Shown here: in pieces, positions 1 through 7,267 of the stretch | How the letters are laid out: every line of letters begins with the position of its first letter | Position numbering within the stretch: position 1 is the first letter of the stretch | Assembly (NCBI GenBank): GCA_041746575.1 | Contig: JBGTGT010000036.1 | Coordinates: 1-19,563 of the forward strand | DNA: 19,563 nt | Source of the DNA: Microcystaceae cyanobacterium | Lineage (GTDB): Bacteria > Cyanobacteriota > Cyanobacteriia > Cyanobacteriales > Microcystaceae | Direction: 5' to 3' | The notes under the pieces: model-generated | Databases searched by the model: none | The model's input: the letters and a program-made list of their open reading frames with translations, nothing else | Told to the model about the DNA's origin: nothing | Position numbers and translations under genes: made by a program

Positions 1-55
1 CAAACTCTTGTAGTTGGGCAATCGCTTCTAACTTGAATAGCTGAGAGTCTTCCAT
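1..55 (-). CDS. Probable 5' end of an unidentified gene running off the left edge (MEDSQLFKLEAIAQLQEF...)
   Basis: Minus-strand ATG at 55-53 with an open frame to the edge; GGAG about 12 nt upstream; extended -10 TGATAAAAT at 100-92. Only 18 codons are visible. Confidence 0.45.
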   Translation of the reverse strand, partial: MEDSQLFKLEAIAQLQEF

Positions 56-91
56 TTTTCTTTTTTCTCCAAGATGGTGAATCTTTTTTTG

Positions 92-151
92 ATTTTATCA
101 TCTCATTCTCATTTATCTAAATGATTTAGACTTGCTATATACGATTTAGAC
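92..151 (-). promoter_or_regulatory. Putative promoter (extended -10) with an operator-like palindrome
   Basis: TGnTAAAAT on the minus strand at 100-92; perfect palindrome TCTAAAT-G-ATTTAGA at 116-130; GATTTAGAC repeated at 123-131 and 143-151. Confidence 0.35.
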
Positions 152-153
152 GC

Positions 154-486
154 TTAACAGTTTATCAGGGTGGTGGGATAGGGGACTTCTAATAATAAAG
201 GTAATTCGCCAAAGTATTGTCCTACCTCGAAGGTAAAAAGATGCTGACTAATTTTTTGATTTTCGTAAATGGCTTTAATTTCCCCTGCTAACACAATACA
301 GAAATGATGACCATATTCTCCTTGTTGAATTAAAATTTCTCCTGCCGTTAAATGGCGACGTTTTCCCATTTTAATAACTGTTCTTACTTGAAGATCATTG
401 AGAGAGCCAAAACAGCTAAACTATTGTAATAATTCTTTTAAGGTGGGAGAATTCCGCGATTGATCTTTCGATGATGTATTAAGTTG
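154..486 (-). pseudogene. Detached, degenerate cyclic-nucleotide-binding (CAP_ED) domain of the upstream MscS gene
   Basis: Same frame as 487..1389. Manual translation: ...IKG*QLNTSSKDQSRNSPTLKELLQ*FSCFGSLNDLQVRTVIKMGKRRHLTAGEILIQQGEYG...GQYFGELPLLL...PYPTTLINC*. Has cNMP-domain motifs (GEILIQQGE, G.YFGE), an internal TAG at 423-421, and ends before the C-terminal part of the domain. Confidence 0.8.
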
Positions 487-1389
487 TTATCCTTTGATCA
501 AAGTGGCGATTTCTTCGAGGTTGCGAATGGAAATTTCTCGCTGAGGAAAAGGAATTTTAATTTGTCGTTGGCGTAGATGATACTCAATCATGAAGTTAAG
601 GGAACTTTTAATCAATTGACGACGGTCTATGCGATCTACCCATACCCAAAGTTCAAAACCGAGATCACTCTCATTGAACCCTTGAAAAATAACCTTAGGA
701 GAGGGATTAGTCAAAACTTCTGGTTCCATTGCGGCAGATTCTAGTAAAATCTCAGTAATTAGCAAGGGGTCACTGCCATAATCTACAAAGATAGGAATTT
801 CAATGCGTCCTTGACAGTTTTCATAATTCCAGTTTTCCACCGCGTTACTGGTTAAATCCGTATTGGGAACAACTAACTCTGACCCTTTAAATGTGCGTAT
901 AACCGTTGAACGAATAGAAATCTCCTGAATAAATCCTAAATTATCATTAAATTCAATTAAATCTCCAATTTTTAGCTTATTTTCGGCTAATAATGTTAAT
1001 CCACTGACCAGATTTTTTGTCAATTCTTGTAAACCAAATCCAATCCCAATTCCTAATCCGCCGATAATAACGGCTAAAAAAGCAAAATCTAAACCTATTC
1101 CTTGTAAAACAAGAATATAACCTAGTGTTGCTAATCCTAATCCGCTTAATGTTCCAATAACTTCTCGATTTCCTTCACCAATGCCTAATTTTAACAACAA
1201 ATAATACTTCAAAAATCGCTTAATTGCCCTTGAAATCAGCGTGACCAGTAACAAAAGCCCAATAACTTGTAGAATCCAGATAAGGGAAATATCGTCTCTT
1301 CCTAGCTTAAAAAGAGGAGAGGTTAGGGTCTCTTGTATCCATTGTTGTAAATGCGACCCAGTAAAGGTCATAAGTAAATTGCCTTTCAA
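487..1389 (-). CDS. MscS-family small-conductance mechanosensitive channel (truncated bCNG-type); true start may be the ATG at 1371
   Basis: TM helices, GIGIGFGLQ (TM3), IGDLIE, ISIRST, VPNTDL and C-terminal IPFPQR motifs. Confidence 0.92.
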   Translation of the reverse strand: MKGNLLMTFTGSHLQQWIQETLTSPLFKLGRDDISLIWILQVIGLLLLVTLISRAIKRFLKYYLLLKLGIGEGNREVIGTLSGLGLATLGYILVLQGIGLDFAFLAVIIGGLGIGIGFGLQELTKNLVSGLTLLAENKLKIGDLIEFNDNLGFIQEISIRSTVIRTFKGSELVVPNTDLTSNAVENWNYENCQGRIEIPIFVDYGSDPLLITEILLESAAMEPEVLTNPSPKVIFQGFNESDLGFELWVWVDRIDRRQLIKSSLNFMIEYHLRQRQIKIPFPQREISIRNLEEIATLIKG

Positions 1390-1644
1390 TGAAAAAAATA
1401 GTCATTAGAATTATAAAATAATCTTTGATTGACTGAAGCATTAAGCGGATTTATCAAAAGTGAAGTTTGAGAGATTAAAGATGAGAATAATTTTCTATTT
1501 GTTTCGCGGTTATCATCAATTTGCTTATTGATTTTTCTACTCTACTTCACTATTAAAAGAAAAATAAGGACCCCATTGGGAAATGAACCTGCTACCCGAT
1601 TAAAGTAAAAGTGTTAACCTAGAGCGAGTTATAATTACTATACT

Positions 1645-1995
1645 ATGAATCAATTTGCCTCCTTGCCTCAGATAACGGTGGAAGAACTCGCCAAACGTCT
1701 TGCTAACCCAGAATCTGCCCTGCAATTGATTGATGTCCGAGAACCTGAAGAAGTTTCCCTTGCTTATGTTGAAGGGTTTGAAATCTTGCCTTTAAGTCAG
1801 TATGAACAATGGTCATCGGAAATTCATGCCCGCTTTGATGCAACGGTCGAAACCCTCGTTATGTGTCATCATGGGATACGATCTGCCCAAATGTGTCAGT
1901 GGTTACGACAACAAGGCTTTAGTAATGTTAAAAATATTATAGGAGGAATTGATGCTTATGCCCTTCTCGTTGATGAGCGGATTCCCCGTTATTAG
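1645..1995 (+). CDS. Single-domain rhodanese-like sulfurtransferase
   Basis: LIDVREPEE, active-site loop CHHGIRS, GGIDAY. Confidence 0.93.
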   Translation: MNQFASLPQITVEELAKRLANPESALQLIDVREPEEVSLAYVEGFEILPLSQYEQWSSEIHARFDATVETLVMCHHGIRSAQMCQWLRQQGFSNVKNIIGGIDAYALLVDERIPRY

Positions 1996-2073
1996 AGCAA
2001 AATTTCCTGTAAAATACGGATAAAAAGCCCTTAAAAACTCTAATTTTAGTAGCTAAATTTTAAAAAAACGCCA

Positions 2074-3141
2074 ATGCAAACGAATCTATCTGAGCGGTCA
2101 CAAAAAATTCTCCAAACTACGATTAAACACTATATCGCGACGGCTGAACCTGTAGGGTCAAAAACCCTAGTCGATGAGTATGATTTTCAAGTCAGTTCGG
2201 CAACCGTTCGCAATATTTTAGGACGATTAGAAAAGGCCGGGTTTCTCTATCAACCTCACATTTCAGCAGGGCGAATTCCTTCGGATTTTGGTTATCGAAC
2301 CTATGTTGATCGATTACTCATTTTAGATCGTCAATGGGAACGTAAAATTGAGCAAGAAGTCTCTAAAAACTTGCAGCAGGAAACCAATAATTTTGATGTT
2401 TTATTGCAACGAGCAACCCAATTTTTGGCGGATATCAGTGGCTATATTGCCTTAATTACCTTACCCCAACCCCACACTACTCAGTTGCGCCATATTCATC
2501 TGGTGCAAATTTCGGTAACACAGGTAATGTTAATCGTGGTAACAGATAGCTATCAAACCCAATCTATTTTGATGAATATTTCCCTTCCTTTAACGACAGA
2601 AGAAGAAACAGAAATGGCAGATGAATTACAAATTTTAGCGAATTTTCTTAATGCCAAACTACACGGAAAAACCCTCGCAGAAATTGTTAAATTAGATTGG
2701 CAAGAAATAGATCGAGATTTTACTAATTATACCCATTTTTTACAAACGTTACTGAAACAATTAAGACGGTGTTTACACACTTCTGCAACCCCTCAAGTGA
2801 TCATCTATGGTCTTTCTGAAGTCTTGAGGCAACCAGAATTTTCCCAATTACAGCAAGTCAAAATGTTAATTCATCTATTAGAGCAACAAAGAGATCAACT
2901 GATTCCCTTAGTTTTTGATCTCTCTGAAATAGAAGAAGAAACCACCAAAGTTAATGTAAAAATTGGCTCAGAAAATCCCTTAGATTCGATGCGGCCTTGT
3001 ACCCTTATTTCGGCAACCTATCGCCAGAAAAATATTCCTGTTGGTAGTGTTGGATTGATTGGTCCGACTCGAATGCTGTACGAATATACAATTCCCTTAG
3101 TTGAATCAACGGCCGATTATTTATCGGACGCTTTAAGTTAA
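2074..3141 (+). CDS. hrcA: Heat-inducible transcriptional repressor HrcA
   Basis: YIATAEPVGSK, SSATVRN winged HTH, QPHxSAGRIPS, C-terminal GLIGPTRMLY. Confidence 0.96.
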   Translation: MQTNLSERSQKILQTTIKHYIATAEPVGSKTLVDEYDFQVSSATVRNILGRLEKAGFLYQPHISAGRIPSDFGYRTYVDRLLILDRQWERKIEQEVSKNLQQETNNFDVLLQRATQFLADISGYIALITLPQPHTTQLRHIHLVQISVTQVMLIVVTDSYQTQSILMNISLPLTTEEETEMADELQILANFLNAKLHGKTLAEIVKLDWQEIDRDFTNYTHFLQTLLKQLRRCLHTSATPQVIIYGLSEVLRQPEFSQLQQVKMLIHLLEQQRDQLIPLVFDLSEIEEETTKVNVKIGSENPLDSMRPCTLISATYRQKNIPVGSVGLIGPTRMLYEYTIPLVESTADYLSDALS

Positions 3142-3293
3142 CCTAAGTTAATCTGATTGATGATTTACTCTTATATGCTTTACTTTCAGGGTATTGTAAA
3201 AGAAATGACTGGCTTTCTATCCTAATTATAGATATTTTCCCAGAAATTTCATCTTATCGAAAGACGCAAATCGGGGAACAATCGTGGTAGGTT

Positions 3294-3323
3294 TTTAGAT
3301 GAAACCCATTTAGATGAAACCCA
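3294..3323 (+). repeat. Perfect tandem duplication, 2 x 15 bp (TTTAGATGAAACCCA), in the ocp leader
   Basis: 3294-3308 is identical to 3309-3323. Confidence 0.95.
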
Positions 3324-3337
3324 TAAGGATAAGATTT

Positions 3338-4297
3338 ATGCCATTTACCATCGATTCCGCTCGTGGAATTTTTCCGAATACCCTAGCGGCTGATGTCGTT
3401 CCTGCAACCACTGCCCGGTTTAATCAGCTGAGTGCTGAAGACCAATTGGCGCTGATTTGGTTTGCTTATCTCGAGATGGGCAAAACCATCACCATTGCCG
3501 CCCCAGGAGCCGCCAGCATGGTGTTAGCTGAAAATACCTTAAAAGAAATTCAAAGCATGTCTCCCATGCAACAAAGCCAAACCATGTGTGACTTGGCTAA
3601 CCGCGCTGATACCCCGACTGGTCGCGCCTATGCGAGTTGGTCTCGCAACGTTAAACTCGGATTCTGGTATCAACTGGGAGAAGGCATGGAAAAAGGGGTT
3701 ATTGCACCGATTCCTGAAGATTACCGACTTTCTGCCAATGCTAACGCCGTATTGTCCACCATTCAAGGACTAGATCCCGGCCAACAAATTACCGTTTTAC
3801 GGAACTGCGTCGTAGATATGGGCTTTGATTCAGGTAAATTAGCGGGTTCTCAGCGTGTAACAGAGACAGTCGCCCCTCCTCAAGAGATGTCTAAGCGAAT
3901 GAACGTCACGATTGAAGGGGTAACGAATCCTACGGTGTTGGAATACATGAATAATTTGAATGCCAATGATTTTGAGAGTCTGATTGAGTTATTTGTACCC
4001 GATGGGGCTTTGCAACCGCCTTTTCAACGGCCAATTGTTGGCAAAGAGAATATATTACGATTTTTCCAAGAAGAGTGCCAAAATCTGAAGTTAGTCCCCG
4101 AACGAGGTGTTTCTGATCCGGCTGATGACGGCTATACTCAGGTTAAAGTAACGGGTAAGGTACAAACGCCTTGGTTTGGTGGCAATGTGGGCATGAATAT
4201 CGCTTGGCGTTTCTTGCTAAACCCAGACGGTAAAATTTTCTTTGTCGCCATTGATTTATTGGCTTCTCCAAAGGAATTATTGAACTTTGCTCGCTAA
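3338..4297 (+). CDS. ocp: Orange carotenoid protein (OCP1 type), 319 aa
   Basis: The canonical N-terminus MPFTIDSARGIFP begins at ATG 3338, not 3314. Y44, W110, R155 and the equivalents of Y201/E244/W288 are present; NTF2-like CTD ends LLASPKELLNFAR; followed by frp. Confidence 0.98.
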   Translation: MPFTIDSARGIFPNTLAADVVPATTARFNQLSAEDQLALIWFAYLEMGKTITIAAPGAASMVLAENTLKEIQSMSPMQQSQTMCDLANRADTPTGRAYASWSRNVKLGFWYQLGEGMEKGVIAPIPEDYRLSANANAVLSTIQGLDPGQQITVLRNCVVDMGFDSGKLAGSQRVTETVAPPQEMSKRMNVTIEGVTNPTVLEYMNNLNANDFESLIELFVPDGALQPPFQRPIVGKENILRFFQEECQNLKLVPERGVSDPADDGYTQVKVTGKVQTPWFGGNVGMNIAWRFLLNPDGKIFFVAIDLLASPKELLNFAR

Positions 4298-4388
4298 AAT
4301 TAAGTACAGCTAGGTAGGGGATTAAGCTGAATTTTGAGCCTTTTAAAGCATAATTTAGCGCACTCACCTAGACATATAAATATTATGA

Positions 4389-4425
4389 AGGGGCGTTTTC
4401 TTGCAAAAGTCGCCTCTTTTATTTT
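4389..4425 (+). terminator. Probable intrinsic terminator or stabilising hairpin after ocp
   Basis: AGGGGCG-TTTT-cttgc-AAAA-gt-CGCCTCT stem followed by TTTATTTT. Confidence 0.55.
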
Positions 4426-4430
4426 ATAAT
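4401..4430 (+). promoter_or_regulatory. Putative sigma70-type promoter for frp
   Basis: TTGCAA (4401-4406), 18 bp spacer, TATAAT (4425-4430), 35 bp before the frp GTG. Confidence 0.45.
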
Positions 4431-4465
4431 ATGAGAGCAAATTAACAAATCTTAATCATTAAGCG

Positions 4466-4786
4466 GTGAGTGACATTAATTGGTCTGAAACAGAAAAACA
4501 AGCGGCACATGAAGCGTTCAAAAAAGCTTATGAACGAGAAATAAACAGTCTTATTCAAGAAGTTCAGCAAAAAATGAGCCACGTGACCGAGATTGATAAA
4601 GTCTGGCAACTACACGACTTCTTAAGTGCCAAGAGACATGAAATTGAGGGAAAATATGATGATCGTTATGAGGTTCTTACCTTCGTTTTCGCAGGATTGC
4701 TAAAGGAAGGATGGCTAAACTTAGAAGAATTAAAGTTTCTGGCATCGGACAAGTTAGCTAAAATTACGGCTCTTTCTCGAATGTAA
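4466..4786 (+). CDS. frp: Fluorescence recovery protein FRP
   Basis: WQLHDFLSAKRHEIEGKYDDR signature, FVFAGLLKEG, 106 aa, GTG start, directly downstream of ocp. Confidence 0.97.
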   Translation: MSDINWSETEKQAAHEAFKKAYEREINSLIQEVQQKMSHVTEIDKVWQLHDFLSAKRHEIEGKYDDRYEVLTFVFAGLLKEGWLNLEELKFLASDKLAKITALSRM

Positions 4787-4951
4787 CCAACGAAAATCAC
4801 CTCATACATCCATTGCAAACTTAACTTAGGTTAAACTTAATTTTCTGTCGGGTTTTCAAAAGCCCAAAATCGGGATCCGTAAAGAGGGTATTGATCTGGT
4901 ATATTATATTGTTTACTTAAATAGTACTTTACCTCAATATCCTCTTAACCA

Positions 4952-6439
4952 ATGAAAGTTAACTCGAATTGGATAAAGCGAGAACAGTTACGAGAAAAAG
5001 GACAATTTTGGACACCTGACTGGGTAGCTGAAGCAATGGTTGCTTATGTCTTAAAAGGAAAATCCCCAGCGATTTTTGACCCATCTGTCGGTGAAGGCGC
5101 ATTTATCCAAGCCATTAAAAGGGTTGCCTTGGAATTTAATCATAACGTTGAGATTTTAGGACGTGAAATTGATAACACCGTTTTAGAAAAAGCAAGAGAA
5201 AAAAAGATTATTAATTCTGCTGATAAGATTGAATTAAAGGATTTCTTATTTGACGAAACGATTTCCTCTCTTTCCGCTATTGTTGCCAATCCGCCTTATA
5301 TTCGACATCACCGTTTAGACGAAAATCTTAAGAAAAAAATAAAGCATTTAGCGAAGGAAATCATCGGTAAACCTCTAGATGGACGCACAGGATATCATGT
5401 CTATTTTTTAATACGCGCACTTTCCTTACTAGAAAAAGGAGGAAGACTAGCTTTTATTGTACCATCTGATACCGTAGAAGGCATATTTGCCAAAGATTTA
5501 TGGTATTGGATAGTTCATCATTTTTACCTAGATGGAATTGTTACTTTCACGCCCGAAGCGACTCCTTTTCCGACTGTTGATATCAATCCGATTATTTTAC
5601 TGATTCGCAATGATATTTCTTCCTCTTGTTTTAGGTGGGGGAGATGTAAAAAAGCAGAAACGCCTCAATTAAAGCAGTGGTTAGGAAGTGATTTAAAAGA
5701 GTCTTTAAAATTGGATATTGAGATTTTTGAAAGAGAAATTGAAGAAGCACTACGGTCAGGTTTAAGTCATCCACCGTCTAAAATTAACGAGGATTGTCAC
5801 ACGCTTGCCGATTTTGCCTTTACTCAGCGCGGCATTGCCACAGGAAACAATGATTTTTTCTTATTTACCCCAGAAGAAGCACAACAAGTCGAATTATCCT
5901 TAGACTATTTTCGACCCTTTATTGGCCGGACTCGTGACGTTAGTGATGATGAGATTACCTTAGAAACAATACAACACCTTCAAGCCAAAAAACGCCCCAC
6001 TTTACTTTTATATTTAGGCAAGGAATCAACAGAAACATTTCCCATTTCTTTACAGCAATACTTAAAAAAAGGAGAAGAATTAGGACTTCCTCTAAAGCCT
6101 TTAATCTCTCAACGAAAACCGTGGTACAAAATGGAAAAACGAAATCCGCCTCCTATTCTTTTTGCTTATTTAGGACGGCGAAATATTCGCTTTATTAGAA
6201 ATCGCGTTGATGTCGTTCCCTTAACGGGTTTTTTATGTATTTATCCTTACAATAAAGAGCCAGCTTTTGCAGATAAACTATGGCAAGCCTTAAATCATCC
6301 TGATACTTCAGCGAATCTTTCTCGTGTAGCTAAATCCTATGGGGGGGGTGCTATGAAAGTTGAACCCCGTGCTTTAGAAAAATTAGTGATACCCACCCAT
6401 GTTTTGCAATTATTCAATATAAAAATGATGATTGAATAA
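4952..6439 (+). CDS. N6-adenine DNA methyltransferase, gamma class (type II-like, solitary)
   Basis: Motif X GQFWTP, motif I FDPSVGEGAF and motif IV VANPPY in N-terminal order; C-terminal TRD region with RGIATG and YGGGAMKVEP. Confidence 0.92.
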   Translation: MKVNSNWIKREQLREKGQFWTPDWVAEAMVAYVLKGKSPAIFDPSVGEGAFIQAIKRVALEFNHNVEILGREIDNTVLEKAREKKIINSADKIELKDFLFDETISSLSAIVANPPYIRHHRLDENLKKKIKHLAKEIIGKPLDGRTGYHVYFLIRALSLLEKGGRLAFIVPSDTVEGIFAKDLWYWIVHHFYLDGIVTFTPEATPFPTVDINPIILLIRNDISSSCFRWGRCKKAETPQLKQWLGSDLKESLKLDIEIFEREIEEALRSGLSHPPSKINEDCHTLADFAFTQRGIATGNNDFFLFTPEEAQQVELSLDYFRPFIGRTRDVSDDEITLETIQHLQAKKRPTLLLYLGKESTETFPISLQQYLKKGEELGLPLKPLISQRKPWYKMEKRNPPPILFAYLGRRNIRFIRNRVDVVPLTGFLCIYPYNKEPAFADKLWQALNHPDTSANLSRVAKSYGGGAMKVEPRALEKLVIPTHVLQLFNIKMMIE

Positions 6440-6502
6440 CCTTTTTATTATAACCCTTAAATCGTCAGCGATCGCTTTTTGAATTCTCAGGAAACGAATA
6501 AC

Positions 6503-7105
6503 TTATCTTACGCCTAAATATTTATGAGTTTGTAAACTAATGCGCCATTGAGGATACTTTAATACATAATCAAAAACAATTTGTTGACTTTCTGCTTTAT
6601 TCCATTCAGGTTGCAAGTATTTTAGCGCATTTGAGGGAACGAGACGGGCTTGTTCTTCTGCCCATTTTAAGTCATTTGCGGATGCTATCACCACTTTTAA
6701 CTCATCAGCATGAGCATAAATGCTAGAATGGGGTAATTTATAAGGTTTTGGCGAAAAAGTGACCCAATCAAATATTCCGCTTAAGGCATAAGCCCCAGAT
6801 GTTTCTAAATGTACTCTTAATCCCTGTTGCTGTAAAACTTGGGTCAAATCGCTTAAATCATGCATTAATGGTTCTCCACCTGTAATAATCACCACAGCAG
6901 GCTTAACGTGCTTGGCTTGTTGCCCTAATTCATCACTAGAATAATAGGGATAACGAGAAGCATTCCATGTTTCTTTTTGATCACACCACGGACAATGTAC
7001 CTCACACCCTCCTAAACGGATAAAAAAAGCATTGGCACCCATCCATGCCCCTTCCCCTTGGATAGAATGAAAGGTTTCAACGATAGGGTAACGATCTGTT
7101 TTCAT
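6503..7105 (-). CDS. queE: 7-carboxy-7-deazaguanine synthase QueE (radical SAM)
   Basis: ETFHSIQGEG, FIRLGGCEVHCPWCD (CxxxCxxC), ITGGEP, ETSG, SPK, SLQTHK. Confidence 0.95.
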   Translation of the reverse strand: MKTDRYPIVETFHSIQGEGAWMGANAFFIRLGGCEVHCPWCDQKETWNASRYPYYSSDELGQQAKHVKPAVVIITGGEPLMHDLSDLTQVLQQQGLRVHLETSGAYALSGIFDWVTFSPKPYKLPHSSIYAHADELKVVIASANDLKWAEEQARLVPSNALKYLQPEWNKAESQQIVFDYVLKYPQWRISLQTHKYLGVR

Positions 7106-7267
7106 AGGAGTTTTGACGATTAACTTTATTCTATTTTTTCAGTTTACCATTACAAAACTGATGAGGTACATGATTAATTAAATTGTAGAAATGCAAGGTT
7201 CGCGCTCAAAGATATATAATATTAACTCGCAATTTGCTGTAATTTTAGACTGCTATATTGAGCTAAT

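Noticed and set aside
154..369. 71-aa ORF as an independent gene
   Set aside because: It is an in-frame fragment of the MscS-cNMP fusion, starting mid-domain and truncated.
421..489. Programmed stop-codon read-through or recoding
   Set aside because: Two different stops plus a downstream truncation fit decay better, and other genes here end normally at TAA and TAG.
1996..2073. CIRCE operator upstream of hrcA
   Set aside because: No TTAGCACTC-N9-GAGTGCTAA is present, only a weak AT-rich palindrome.
3193..3210. HLR1 (RpaB) site upstream of ocp
   Set aside because: One good half-site (ATTGTAAA) with no partner at 10-bp spacing.
3314..3337. ORF-track start of ocp at 3314 as the main start
   Set aside because: The conserved N-terminus begins at 3338, and the upstream ATG lies within the tandem repeat.
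3539..4367. ORFs 3539..3766, 3588..3773 and 4143..4367
   Set aside because: Short shadow frames overlapping ocp with no recognisable motifs.
4952..7105. MTase plus queE as a 7-deazaguanine DNA-modification (Dpd-like) island
   Set aside because: The genes are convergent, no dpdA/tgt-like, queC, queD or folE gene is in the window, and QueE looks like the ordinary queuosine enzyme.
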